DNA of 63,193 bases, the filler included, from Nemertoderma westbladi (taxonomy: Eukaryota > Animalia > Xenacoelomorpha): the NCBI GenBank assembly GCA_032718475.1. It is 5 parts of 5 records of this genome, joined end to end, with 100 filler letters (N's around TTAATTAATTAA, not from the genome) between each part and the next. Parts side by side here need not be neighbours in the genome. Positions count along the whole stretch, not along the records: positions 46,245 to 55,415 come from JAUCBJ010006378.1; positions 55,516 to 63,193 come from JAUCBJ010002105.1; 3 more parts are not named here. One strand, written 5' to 3'. This document shows, piece by piece, positions 51,501 through 63,193 of the stretch (position 1 is its first letter; every line of letters starts with the position of its first letter). The notes below the pieces were generated by a model that saw nothing but the letters and a program-made list of their open reading frames with translations, searched no databases and was not told the origin of the DNA. The position numbers were made by a program, and so were the translations under genes.

Positions 51501-52353
51501 ACCTGCAGGCTGCTATAGATGGTACATATGAATGGGCTTCATTAAATGGACTTAAAACGAATTTAAAGAAATCCCAGATTATAAAGTTCAGACGGGGGGG
51601 GGGGGGGGGGGGTCGACTCTGTAATGCTGACAAGTTTTACTACAACGGCCGGCCGGTAGACATTGTGAACCACTACACCTATTTAGGTATTGTGTTACAG
51701 CTGACACTTACTTTCAGTTTGCATGTCACCAATGTGCATTGCAAATCTCTTAAATCAATACACGGAATTAAAACTCCAAGTCTACTCTCACTCAGAACTG
51801 CTATCAAACTGTTTAAATTAAAGGTGCGACCTATTGTTTTCTATGGTCTTAAAGAAATCTGGGAGTTCCTAAATGTTGCAAATTTCCTGGACTTTGACAA
51901 AATAAAATCAACTTATCTGAAGCGAGTACACTCATTGCATAAAACATCGCAAAATCGACTTGTAACGGCAATCTGCAAAGAAGAAAATCTGTGTGTGGAA
52001 CTCCAAAATGAATTTCATTTACCAGAAACAATAATTATATACATCATATACATATACATATAATCAATAAATATATACAGATAGTGAAACTGAAACAAGA
52101 TGAAATTCCAGCATGTTTTTGGACTTCACCTGCGTTTACAAACAACAAATGGCAACACTCAAATTTCAGAAACAGACACACAATAACGCATATGTCAGTA
52201 CATGGCTTCCATCATCTTATCTGTACTTCAAAGAAATTCCATGACCCGACCAACGAATGTGTTTGCTCTCTATGTGGCGCTGTGGCTGACCGTTATCACC
52301 TCGCTATCTGCCCTAGCAACCACCATCCTCTGCCATATTGGGCAACCAAATAG
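48596..52353 (+). mobile_element. Two-ORF non-LTR retrotransposon (ORF1 48596-49459 open; APE-RT ORF2 with stops and frameshifts), clade unresolved
   Basis: ORF1 coiled coil plus HIGRLD..T.EEI..FL...SF.L....LMDPALWEAGISIR; ORF2 FWNTEGL, VET, LGDFNARI, SKIDLVY, NNYRGISLL, QFGF, FIDFKK, QGDTLSPFLF, FADDL, YTYLGI; C-terminal HGFHHLIC..CVCSLC..DRYHLAIC; antisense within an intron. Confidence 0.92.
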
Positions 52354-53382
52354 AGGGATTTTAACACAATAATACGATGTACCTTTTTAGATTAATTAAT
52401 ATTTTAATGAACTGTATAGATATATAGCGTAAATTATATTCATATGTTAATTTTATTATGCTCGCTGTGCCTTTACTAATATTGGCGTAATTATTAATTA
52501 TATAATGACAAAATGGGGATAAAGATAACTTGCTGAAAAACACAAGTATTTGTCACCCGGGTGACAAATATGAAAAATCTGTAATTAATTGGCCACGGTA
52601 TAAATTACATTCTCATAAGCTTACAAAGATATCGTGTTCATGATTTTAATCAATACAAATGAAAACCAATGCACAATTAAGTTTTACAATAATTATAGTG
52701 TTGGTTCTGCAGATGAACATGCGCATCCACAAAGGGAAAGACTGTTTTGTATTCTATAGTTTGCTTTCCACGATCGGTCCAGTAGCTTCTGGCTGGATGG
52801 CAATCGAGCATATTTAAGCAGAGTGCACAATATGAATATGCGTCAATGTGGATGTGGATATGCGTCTAACTACATTGTACATGGCATTCCTGGTTTGACC
52901 AAAAAACAATGGTGGCCAGACAATTACCTTAGTCTGTTTCTCAAGGGCAATGGACTTGAGAACATCGATAAACATGGAAAGAGTACAGCTGATAGATAAT
53001 TTAGGCAGCTTTACTCGTAGTCTTCTGACACTGAGCGAGCAGGCCAATTGCAATCATATCATGCCATGTTATTGAGATTTGCAAAATACTCATTCTCGTA
53101 CTCAATGCAATATACAATCTAACAAGTATGGCCATTAACTCATTGTAGAGCAAATTCTTCAATATTAAGCAATGGGGGCTCAATACATTCGGTTTTCTTG
53201 GAAAATTAATAAAAAATTAGATAGTAAATCTTTCAGAATTTAATTTTAAAATGTCCACCAAAAAATAAGAACTACCTTATGGAATAACTTAGCTGGGCAA
53301 AGTGAATGGCAAGGTTGGTTAGTCACTCTAACACACTGACATACGATGACAAATAAATTTAGCATTTCTACAACAAACTCAC

Positions 53383-53781
53383 CTGCCTTTTTGCAGACTA
53401 TGTCACTGACACTCTCGCTGTAGATCACTTCGCTGGACGAACCGGTGTCCCCAACCTGTAATTTCGTGATGGGCAGTAACTTCTTATCATCAACAACAAT
53501 TGTCTCGAGACATTCGGTAGAGCTCTGATGACAAGTTGTCGCCCTCCCGGTATTGAATACATGCTTGGTGACATTGCGATCAGCAAAACACAAATCATAG
53601 CTGGAGACGCCCTTAGATGAAAGCGTTATGGTTTGGGTGCAGCTGAGCGCTCTGTCTATGATATTACGCACTTCCGTATCGCCCTGGTCATAACTAACGT
53701 TGATATCATATCCACATTTGGCTTCAGGTCCACTTGGTCCAACCTTCTCGCTTACAAAGGTCGCAGGAATAGTTACATCAG
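53383..53781 (-). CDS. Internal 399-bp symmetric exon of tandem-module gene
   Basis: ttttattccaaaag| ... KKA G|gtgagt; phase 1-1; near-identical to the other two exons. Confidence 0.8.
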
Positions 53782-54713
53782 CTTTTGGAATAAAATATTA
53801 TATAAAATATGGAATTAATAGAATAAAGAAGACTATCGTATCATTTTCTGCTTATTATAAATTTATTGCCTCTTTATTAGTAATGAGAAGGACATTGAAG
53901 CAATATTCAGTCATTTATTTTGTACAATCAACAAAAAAATACAATAACAATTGTTAACATCTCAAGCAATTAATATGAGGTCAATAATGAGGATGTTGCA
54001 TTTTCTTACTTTTGGTATGGCAGTTTCTCTAGTAAACACATCTGATCACAAGCAAATTGACAAGAAGAAGATACATTTATGTCCATAAATAAATTTTAAG
54101 TGGACATTTTACATATGCTTTAAAAATGGCAAACATGCATAAAATTTGACAAAAGGATGAACCTTGATATAATGAAGTGCATACATGGAGTCAATTGAAA
54201 TCATTGGCTCCACGAAAAATTCCTGGTTTGACAAAATAGTGGTGGCCAGACAATTACCTTAGTCTGTTTCTCAAGGACAATGGACTTGAAAACATCAATG
54301 AACATGGAAATAGTAGGGCTGATAGATAATTGAGGCAGCTTTACTCGTAGTCTCTTGACAGTGAGCGTGCAGGCCAATCGCAATCATATCATGCCATGTT
54401 ATTAAGATTTGCAAAATACTCATTCTAGTATTCAATGCAATATACAAACTAACAAGTATCCATTAACTCACTGTAGAGCAAATTCTTCAATATTAAGCAA
54501 TACATGCTCAATACATTCGGTTTTCTTGGAAAATTAATAAAAATTAGAATGTAAATCTTTCAGAATTTAATTTTAAAATGTACACCAAAAAATAAGAACT
54601 ACCTTAGGAATAACGTAGCTTAGCTTGGCAAAGTGAATGGCAAGGTTGGTTAGTCACTCTAATACACTGACATACAATGACAGACAAATTTAGCATTTCT
54701 ACAACAAACTCAC

Positions 54714-55112
54714 CTGCCTTTTTGCAGACTATGTCACTGACACTCTCGCTGTAGATAACTTCGCTGGACGAACCAGTGTCCCCAACCTGTAATTTCGTGA
54801 TGGGCAGTAACTTCTTATCATCAACAACAATTGTCTCGAGACATTTGGTAGAGCTCTGATGACAAGTTGTCGTCCTCCCGGTATTAAATACATGCTTGGT
54901 GGCATAGCGATCAGCAAAACACAAATCATAGCTGGAGACGCCCTTAGATGAAAGCGTTATGGTTTGGGTGCAGCTGAGCGCTCTGTCTATGATGTTACGC
55001 ACTACCGTATCGCCCTGGTCATAACTAACGTTGATATCATATCCACATTTGGCTTCAGGTCCACTTGGTCCAACCTTCTCGCTTACAAAGGTCGCAGGAA
55101 TAGTTACCTCAT
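54714..55112 (-). CDS. Internal 399-bp symmetric exon of tandem-module gene
   Basis: Same splice sites and length; lies in a ~1.33-kb tandem unit (~52890-54080 vs ~54220-55415). Confidence 0.8.
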
Positions 55113-55415
55113 CTTTTGGAATAAAATATTATATAAAATATGGAATTATTAATATAATAAAGAAGACTATCGTATCATTTTCCACTTATTATAAATTTAT
55201 TGCCTCTTTATTAGTAATGAGAAGGACATTGAAGCAATATTCAGTCATTTATTTTGTACCATCAACAAAAAAATACAATAACAATTGTTAACATCTCCAG
55301 CAATTATATGAGGTCAATAATGAGGATGTTGCATTTTCTTACTTTTGGTATGGCAGTTTCTCTAGGAAACACATCTGATCACAACCAAATTGACAACAAG
55401 AAGATAGATACATTT

Positions 55416-55515
55416 NNNNNNNNNNNNNNNNNNNNNNNNNNNNNNNNNNNNNNNNNNNNTTAATTAATTAANNNNNNNNNNNNNNNNNNNNNNNNNNNNN
55501 NNNNNNNNNNNNNNN
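55416..55515. other. Artificial contig linker
   Basis: 44 N + TTAATTAATTAA + 44 N. Confidence 0.97.
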
Positions 55516-55877
55516 ATCGCACTGAATTCAGTTGTAGGCCTACTTGTTGCAATAGATGGTGGATGCGCTAAGGGATTAATAATATTATATGGACTACGTT
55601 GGATTGGTGAGAAAACCTGGCTCAAATTGTAACCAGGTCGCTCAGTGGATTGCGAAACTGCAAATCCAAAATTAAAGTTGTCAATATCATCATTACTTTG
55701 GTCTGAGGCGAGGAAGACTCTCAAGCGATTCCGTTTTTCTCCAGTAGTTCCGGAACACAAGAGACCTCTCTCTTCCAAACAACGATCCAACTGCAATGGC
55801 ATCAGATTGCCAATGTCTTCCAGAGCGGGTAAATCAGCCCGTCTGTCTGACTTCAGATAATATGGTGACTGCGCCAT
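55516..55877 (-). mobile_element. Probable retroelement gag N-terminus with SAP-like motif, cut by contig end
   Basis: LQLDRCLEERGLLCSGTTGEKRNRLRVFL fits SAP pattern L..RGL..SG.K..L..RL; retroelement origin is inference. Confidence 0.45.
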
Positions 55878-56709
55878 ATTATTACCAGTTTAGTACCGGT
55901 ACCGTACCGTTAAGAAGTAGGCCTAACAGAAACGGCCCACAATAAAAATAAACTGCAGGTCCAGATACTTCAATTAAAAAGAAACCGGTATCCGTATCAT
56001 TAGGAAGTAGGCATGACGGAAGCGGATTGCAGCAAAATAAACTAACTAGTTAATATCAATAACATTAGTTACTTGTGAATGTATCGAGTTTGATAAAACT
56101 CATTTTATTAATGAAAGTAAAATCCAAGAAAAGTCATACTTGTCAACCATTCAGTCTATAATCAGTTATATTTAATTGTTACATCTGTACATTCAGACAT
56201 TTGACCATGAATCTACCGTTTGATGATGCGATGCTGATGCTAATGTTCACAAGTATTGACACATTTACATATTAACTATAAACCGGTAACTAAAATGGTA
56301 GTGCAGTAAGTAGGCCTAAAACCAATAACAGTTAATAACCCTACAACATCAGATACAAGATCATTATACTGCATAGCTAATAATAATAATAGGGTTTTTT
56401 AATAGTCCGCCCAGATGAAGTTTTAATCGGTCCACTATCAGACTCTGCTACACTTGTTGACAGGCAAAGCTTCGTATTTTTGCTGTCTTTGATTTGATCA
56501 GTCGGGTTTTATTGTCGACTTAGTAAACATCGAAATTAAGGTGTTGGTAGGCGGGTTAATACCTCGGTCGAAAGGGTGAGACAGTGCATTCTTATAATTC
56601 CAGTATAAGTACCAATCCGGTCCTTCCTATCAAACAATTGGCTTTGGGAGGTAAAGACACTAACAATTTGCAACTAATGTCAAATCCTCCCCCTTCAACT
56701 GAAGTTATG

Positions 56710-56840
56710 ACAATTCCAACCCAGGCATTTCCGACCCGGACAATTGCGACCCGAACAATTTTGAACCATGAAAATGATCAAATTTGGAAATGGGTCGGAA
56801 TTTTCTGGGTCGTAATTGTCCTAGGTTGGAATTATCACCC
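56710..56840. mobile_element. Small inverted-repeat element (MITE-like) just upstream of the TBC ORF
   Basis: aattccaacc.agg / cctaggttggaatt and ttccgaccc / gggtcggaa. Confidence 0.6.
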
Positions 56841-56873
56841 ACATCTACAAAATATAACACGTGACCTGCAATA

Positions 56874-58220
56874 ATGTGCCATTACATGAAATTTATGGGA
56901 CCCAGTCTTAGAGATAACAAAACAAGATTAATGATATCAAATTTGAATCCCAATTTGTGGTATCTGAATGATTTAACCAATGACAAAATTAAGTTTAAGA
57001 GAAGATTCACAGTTGCTAATACGAGAGAATTAGACAAGTTACAAACTATTATAGACATTAAAGACTGCTTAATTAAAGAAACCATTTTGAAACTAAAGCG
57101 GAAGTGGGGAAGGGATCGTATATATCAGAGGTACGATCGCACTAAGGATTACGAAAAGCTAGAAGGACAAAATATATATACCGGAAAAAGCACAACAAAA
57201 GAATGGATGGATAACACGGGAGCAACTAGACTCAAAAATAAGATAAATAATGTTGGAGTTTACCAGATGTTCAAGACAATAGCTCAAACACAAGACAGCG
57301 AGTTGTCTTTGGAAACATTACAAGTAATTAATAGAGATATGTCAAGATCACCTTTTCAGTTGTTTGATCCACAATTATTCCCAAGAAGTAGATTATTTAT
57401 ATACACTACAGATGGAAACGGGGAATCTGAGACACCAGGCAGAGCACTTCGTTTTATATTCCAAGTTCTAACTGCTTATGCCGCATATGATAAAGTTACA
57501 AGTTACACTCAAGGAATGGATCAGCTGATTGGTTGGTTCTATTTCCACCTTGGAGGTGGTGAAGATGATGGAGTAAATTGTGAGGAGGATGCATTTTGGT
57601 ACCTCAATTCGCTAATGGCAGGTAAGAGGCATCACATGCGCGGATTTTATGACACGGATAAAATGGAATTGACGAGGATGAGCTACCGAGACCTAATTTG
57701 GTGGATCCTAGAGAATGAAATTCCTGATCTATATGAGCACTTATGTAGCATTCACAATGGCAGATGTTATATATCATCTGCTATTATCGATTCTTGGGTA
57801 TTAAGATATTATATAACAGAACTTCCATATGACTTGGTTAGGGAATTTTGGGATCAGTACACATTTTATGGAGACGAAATGTTAGTTGCAATGATGTATT
57901 GCATCTTTCGTATGCACAAGGAAGAATTAAAAAAGAAGCATAACATGAATGGTATAAACAAATACTTTAAGCGTTTACATGATGATTTTCGTTTTCATGT
58001 AACCAACACAATGATGCAGCTTTTTAAATGCATGCGGAAGTTAAGTCATCGCCATCATACAGCATCCGGCATCTCTCGCGCTTTCATATCGTATTGTTGC
58101 ATTGGTGAGCGTGAAATGTCTGTAGACAGAACCAAATTCCATGAATTATTTTACAAAGTATTCGGTCAAGAAAAATATCAGATGTACAAAGCATACGGTA
58201 GTTCGACTTTTTACTACTAG
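56874..58220 (+). CDS. Intronless TBC-domain Rab GTPase-activating protein (USP6NL-like, divergent)
   Basis: INRDMSR (IxxDxxR arginine finger), VLTAYAAYD..SYTQGM (YxQ glutamine finger), EEDAFWYL, PDLYEHL, LPYDLVREFWD; 448 aa open; AATAAA at 58245-58250. Confidence 0.88.
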   Translation: MCHYMKFMGPSLRDNKTRLMISNLNPNLWYLNDLTNDKIKFKRRFTVANTRELDKLQTIIDIKDCLIKETILKLKRKWGRDRIYQRYDRTKDYEKLEGQNIYTGKSTTKEWMDNTGATRLKNKINNVGVYQMFKTIAQTQDSELSLETLQVINRDMSRSPFQLFDPQLFPRSRLFIYTTDGNGESETPGRALRFIFQVLTAYAAYDKVTSYTQGMDQLIGWFYFHLGGGEDDGVNCEEDAFWYLNSLMAGKRHHMRGFYDTDKMELTRMSYRDLIWWILENEIPDLYEHLCSIHNGRCYISSAIIDSWVLRYYITELPYDLVREFWDQYTFYGDEMLVAMMYCIFRMHKEELKKKHNMNGINKYFKRLHDDFRFHVTNTMMQLFKCMRKLSHRHHTASGISRAFISYCCIGEREMSVDRTKFHELFYKVFGQEKYQMYKAYGSSTFYY

Positions 58221-59194
58221 GTTTATATTACAGGATATCAATGCAATAAAATCCGTACATAATTATTAGTAATAATGTAATTATAATCATCATTATGGAC
58301 ATAATTGTACTGTATTATTGCTATGTAGAAGTACCATAAATTAATGTCATAATTTTTTAAAATTGTTATGACAGTATAGGTATTTTGCTCTTTGAAGGAA
58401 TATATAGTAATCCATGCATCATAATCCTATGATATTTTGACTCCGTTGAATGAATATATACATAATATCAATTAGTGAAGTTTGATTTGATGCCCAGGCC
58501 TGACCTCCCCCTTCAACACAAACACAACATATGGGACATCACCCAGATGTTGCGAGACTGTTATTGTAGGATACAATTGCAGGATTGATGGATATGATAT
58601 GAAAAATAGAAGCGCGAGGGGCGAAATTATTCAATCTAGTAATTGATGGTTACAATCGAGCTCAACGATATTTATGTGCTTATTATTTTTATTTAAATTT
58701 GCTAATATTTGCATATTTATTACGCATAACAAATAATTTCTGAAATTTTTTTTTTAATGATAGCTAAACTTGGAAAATCACTAGCTAGCCTGATAGTTTG
58801 TATTTTTTAATGTTTATAGATAAATAAACTATTTATTAACTATTATTTATTAAATAATTTTTAATAAATTTTTATTTTTTTTATATGTTCTAGAACAAAA
58901 AATATTTGTTCTAGAACTTAATTTTTTTTACCTAACAATATCTAACATGAAATAGAATAGTTCTAAAAAAAACTAGCAAAAACTAGCTATAGTAAAAAAA
59001 ATATGGTCATGCGTACACATACTAACTGTAGTAGTGTCAAAGTAAAAATAATATATTCATTTTTTTATAATTTTTTAAATTGTTCTAGAGAACAAATAAT
59101 ATTTGTTCTAGAACATTTATAAATTGTTTATCAATTAGCTACCATGTTCTGGAACATGTTCATAAAAAGAAATAGCAAAAACTAGCTAGTAAAA

Positions 59195-60340
59195 ATTTTT
59201 AGGGGGGTGTGGGGCGAGACACGTAGTCGGCGAGTCTTGGCATACGGTTCATATAGGGCAGGGAAATGGGGCATGTCCGTCTGTCTGTCGGTCTGTCTGT
59301 CTGTCCGTCTGTCCGTCTGTCTGGTAAATATTTGAACGAGAATTTCTCGGCATCGCTGATTCGAAATTGAACGAAACTTAGTAGGTAAGTAGTAGAGGGA
59401 AAGTTTTGAAAATTTGTAAAGTTTGGTGAAAAATCATGCAGTCTGACATCAGTTACGACAGATTATGTAGTTTTTAGAAAATTTTAAATTTCTCGGGAAC
59501 GCCTCATTTTCCAGAGCTGAAATTTTGGTTGCTTGTAGAGAATCATAAAGTCTATCTTCTACGAAATTGAAAAGTTAAGACATTTAATTGGGGATCGGCT
59601 AGAGACTCCGAAGTAATGACATAGGCCTACCGGTACGGTACTGCTGTACTGTACATGTACAAGTACGAAATTGCAGAATAATAACTTGACACCACCTAGC
59701 GGATTAATATATAATTGTATATCGATTGAATACATTTTATAGCGTGGGGTATAGGGTCCGACCACGAAGTTGAAGGAGCCTTTGCGAACTGACGCTATCT
59801 CTTAGGGGGGTAGGTCAATTATGGCAAATAGTTCATTCAATAATGGTACTGTATGTCATCATCGTCGCTACGATTTTGACTTACTTATAACTTCGTCGGA
59901 TTTAAAGCTTTCGAGTCTAAAATTAGTAGGCATCAATAAGACCATCAGTTTTGTTTTTTAGGGACTTCCAGACACCATCAAATCCTCAGTCTTTCGCTAG
60001 AGGACTGGACTACATGTCTAGATATTAAATATCCTCACATTTTCTTTGCTTTAAACCCGTTCTAGCTAAACTTGGCATATTTGTACTACACCATTAACTG
60101 TGTCATTCAAAGTAGGCTCATCTGTCTGCAGTTCTCTGGTCTGCCGCTAGAGGAAAAAATATCTCAAAGTGCAATCACTGATTTAGCTGAAACATCAGAT
60201 ATGTGCTAGAACACGTCCGGTGTGTTTGCCGGGCTAGGAATCAGTCCGACCAGTTCCACCTCACCACTATTCCAGCAAGGTGTAATTCTATAGGATATGC
60301 AATAGTGCTAGGCCCTAGAGTAATAAGACAGCTTGCTTAT
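59195..60340. repeat. Probable non-autonomous interspersed repeat with (GTCY)n microsatellite (DINE/HINE-like)
   Basis: gtccgtctgtctgtcggtctgtc tract at ~59275-59322 after a short GC-rich head; boundaries approximate. Confidence 0.35.
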
Positions 60341-60589
60341 TGTTTATCTCGCAAAATGATTGGCTGAGTATTTAATGGAGATTCTTTAGAATAAATATGG
60401 CTAAATAATTTTGTTGTGACATCGACATGGTAAATTAATATTTCAGTATCAATACTAAAACGTCATAATGTAAGTTATAATATTTCTTATAAATTGGGTC
60501 GCCTCCACTCCGAAAATATATTACTTTGAAAACACAAATTTTCTGTTAATACCTGCCTGTGAACAATCCTCTGTGTGTGAAAATGGACC

Positions 60590-61820
60590 ATGGAGCCCAT
60601 TTTGGCACTTAGAAGGATAATTGAAGAGTTATCAAAAAAGAAAGACAGGCATCTGGCTGTTATCTTTGTTGACTTCTTCAAGGCCTTTGATTCAGTCTCT
60701 CGCTCACGTATGTTCAGCATACTTTCATTATATGGGATTCCTGATGAAATTATTGCAGCAATCAGATCAGTATACGATGGTTCGACAACATTTGTGTCTA
60801 CTGTTGACGGTGACACAGAACCATTTGAAGTGTTATGGGGCGTCCTCCAAGGAGACACACTTGCACCATTCTTGTTCATTATTGTGGTTGACTATGTTCT
60901 ACGCATGTCCTTAGATCATTATAATGATGATGGGGTGATGATAACTCCACCTACTGGCTCCAGAAGTCGAGGAAATCCTGCCAAGTACCTAACTGATCTA
61001 GACTTTGCTGATGACTTAGGAGTACTCTCAGAATCATTAGAGGGAGCCCAACGGCTCCTCAGCTCATTAGAACATGCTGCTTCTAGTGTTGGTCTTTTTA
61101 TTAACTCCAGAAAGACAAAAATTCTGACAGTTAACTTTGAAAGTCCTCAGCAAGTCTCTGATCCGATGAGCATAAGCTCAAAGGATGGTATGCTTGAGCA
61201 TGTGGACGACTTCTGTTACCTGGGATCATGGATCCGGAAGTCAGGTGAGGACCTTCGAATACGTAAGGGAAAGGCATGGGCAGCCTTGAATAGGCTTTCC
61301 AGGATTTGGAAGTCACCGAGAATTAATCGGAAACTTAAGGTCCGATTATTTAGAGCAGCAGTAGTTCCAGTACTCCTCTACGGGAGTCCATGCTGGGCTC
61401 TAACTACTGAGGACACCAAATCTCTGGATGGCACATTCACAAGAATGCTACGCCGGGTTCATTGTGTCAAGTACAATGCACACATCTCCAACCAGACACT
61501 ATATAACATTGGAGGTGTCTCATTGGTTCCCCCAAGCTTGACACTAGAACAAAATCGCCTCCGCTTTGCAGGACATTGTTTTCGCCGTGAGGACCAGCCA
61601 GTGCATAATCTTGTACTTTGGCAGCCTCATGGAGTGAATAAGCATGGTGGACAGCCCATGACTTTCTTGAGACGCATCTTAAAGGACACTGGCCTTAAAG
61701 ATGCGGATGATCTAGCAAATGTCATGGGTGATAGGGAGTTGTGGCGGTGCAATTTTGTTGACAAGCCGGCACAGCATTCTTAAAAATGCAGCTGCAATGC
61801 AGCATGCCGATCCTAGTAGT
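60590..61820 (+). mobile_element. 5'-truncated RTE LINE (family RTE-B), open RT frame
   Basis: ILALRRIIE, FVDFFKAFDS, GVLQGDTLAP, FADD; near-identical to 36610-37610; tagtagt tail. Confidence 0.95.
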
Positions 61821-62535
61821 GTGTCTTTGGGTTGGGGTGCAGATTAAGGGGGGGGGGGGGGGAGGGTTGAAAGCGAGCAACTTTCCCCTCTTATGATGTA
61901 TTTGTGGTTTGGTTAATTTTTTAAATACAGATTTTGTGTTAGAATTGCTCAATTTTAATTTGTATCTCATAACTGAGCCTCGTGCAGTTACCTCGTGCAG
62001 GACCCACGAACGTGTACCTATAACACACTAGTATCTGGTACTACTGTCATCACCTTATTTGAATTTGCGAAATTCCAGAAAGACTCAACAAACAACTACT
62101 TGGAGTTGTTGTGTTTGACAAATATATATAAGGATCTGTTGTTAAGACTCATGAAAGATACAGAACTGCTGCACGCTCCACTCGAGTTGTCAGGATGTCT
62201 GAAAACACAATACTACCATCACGCGATGTCATAATGAATTCTTGTATTAATAAAGAGCTACTAATCAGTCTGCTGGGCAGCATTAATACATCAACAAGTG
62301 TCACAATCTCAGGGAAAGAAAACTCAGTAGGAAATCAAGAAGATGCCGATTGTTCAATTATTACCTTCATAAAAGATTGTCTAAATTATATCGCTAGCAA
62401 CAAAAACCTCAATTGAAGTAAACCGCAGACATACTGTATACCGCTGATGATACAGATATATTGGTCCTGCTTGTCTACTTCTGTTGGAAATAGCAACTAT
62501 AAATAAAATAAAAATAACAATGAAGAAAGTATACC

Positions 62536-62700
62536 CGCGACGCCACCACCTCCGTCCACAATGCCACCACCACCGTCCACAATGCCACCACCTCCATCCG
62601 CGACACCACCACCCGCGACGCCACCACCACCACCCGCGACGCCACCGCCACCGTCCACAACGCCACCACCCCACCACCCCCGACGCCACCACCCGCGTTG
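62536..62700. repeat. GC-rich ~21-bp degenerate tandem repeat (gccaccaccacc...)
   Basis: Directly visible; produces the His/Pro/Arg-rich ORFs in the track. Confidence 0.85.
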
Positions 62701-63193
62701 CTACCGCCTCCATCAGCGACGCCATCTGTTCCACTGCCTTCTCGCTCGCGGCAACCAAACAGTGGGCCTTCCTGGCCCCTGTCCACGACGCCAGGCTAAA
62801 AGCCCTGCGGGAGTCCCTCCCACCATCCGGGGTGGCAAGGTTGGACTCCCTGGACCACCCCGCCGCAGGCTGTTGGCTTGATGCCATCCCCGTCAGCTCT
62901 CTGGGACTGAAGCTGACGGACTCGCAGTTCCGGATCTCGGTCATCGGCACTCGTCTAGGGCTAGGGTGTAGGCTGGCCGAGCCCCACAGCTGTGCCCGGT
63001 GTGGCAAGAGGATGTTCTGTCGGATGGCCCCCATGGTCTTTCCTGCTCAAGGAGCCTCGGCAGACTTCCGCGCCACTCAATGTTGAACGACATCGTGTGC
63101 CGGACGCTCATCAGCTGTGCGCATCCCAGCTACGCTTGAGCCACTAGGCTTGTGTAGAGGGGATGGGAAGCGAGTAGATGGCGTCACCCTGGT
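62700..63193 (+). mobile_element. CRE-type non-LTR retrotransposon fragment (CCHC finger plus restriction-like endonuclease), frameshifted
   Basis: AGCWLDAIPVSSLGLKLTDSQFRISV..RLG...EPHSCARCG; then HGLSC...GRLPRHSMLNDIVCRTL; then LEPLGLCRGDGKRVDGVTL (consensus GKRPDG). Confidence 0.85.

Noticed and set aside
52814-54383. Short duplicated ORFs (..LACSLSVRRLRVKLP..) as extra exons
   Set aside because: A donor-like site is present, but there is no clear acceptor or compatible phase and no motif; explained by the intron duplication
22444-55515. Recurrent TTAATTAATTAA palindrome inside N runs (four times)
   Set aside because: Identical 100-bp six-frame-stop linker; an assembly artefact, and ORFs containing X are affected by it
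59390-59402. agtagtagagg as the partner Polinton TIR
   Set aside because: Different contig, and the similarity ends after ~11 nt
62381-63086. His/Pro/Arg/Trp-rich proteins in the ORF track
   Set aside because: Products of a stop-free GC-rich tandem repeat; only the CRE-like frame after ~62700 has recognisable motifs

Overview
AT-rich, repeat-dense animal (invertebrate-type) genomic DNA made of five contigs joined by artificial 100-bp linkers (44 N + TTAATTAATTAA + 44 N), so adjacency across linkers is not evidence of linkage. Contig 1 (1-22443) holds a gag-like ORF, a decayed pogo transposase, an RTE fragment, a MULE-type foldback with a 9-bp TSD and a truncated BEL/Pao gag. It also holds the most interesting item: a decayed Polinton/Maverick-related cassette of three co-oriented genes (PC4-like ssDNA-binding protein, ~1350-codon protein-primed PolB, TATA-binding-protein-like gene) with no visible integrase, capsid, ATPase or protease. 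Contig 2 (22544-40567) hides a spliced rhodopsin-class GPCR not assembled by the ORF track, with a full-length RTE LINE and MITEs in or beside it. Contig 3 has the last exon of MTG1. Contig 4 has a gene built of near-identical symmetric 399-bp exons (Caspr/neurexin-IV fibrinogen-like module) with an intronic LINE. Contig 5 has an intronless TBC RabGAP ORF, a second-family RTE copy and a CRE-type retrotransposon fragment. All family assignments come from motif recognition by eye; no searches were run.
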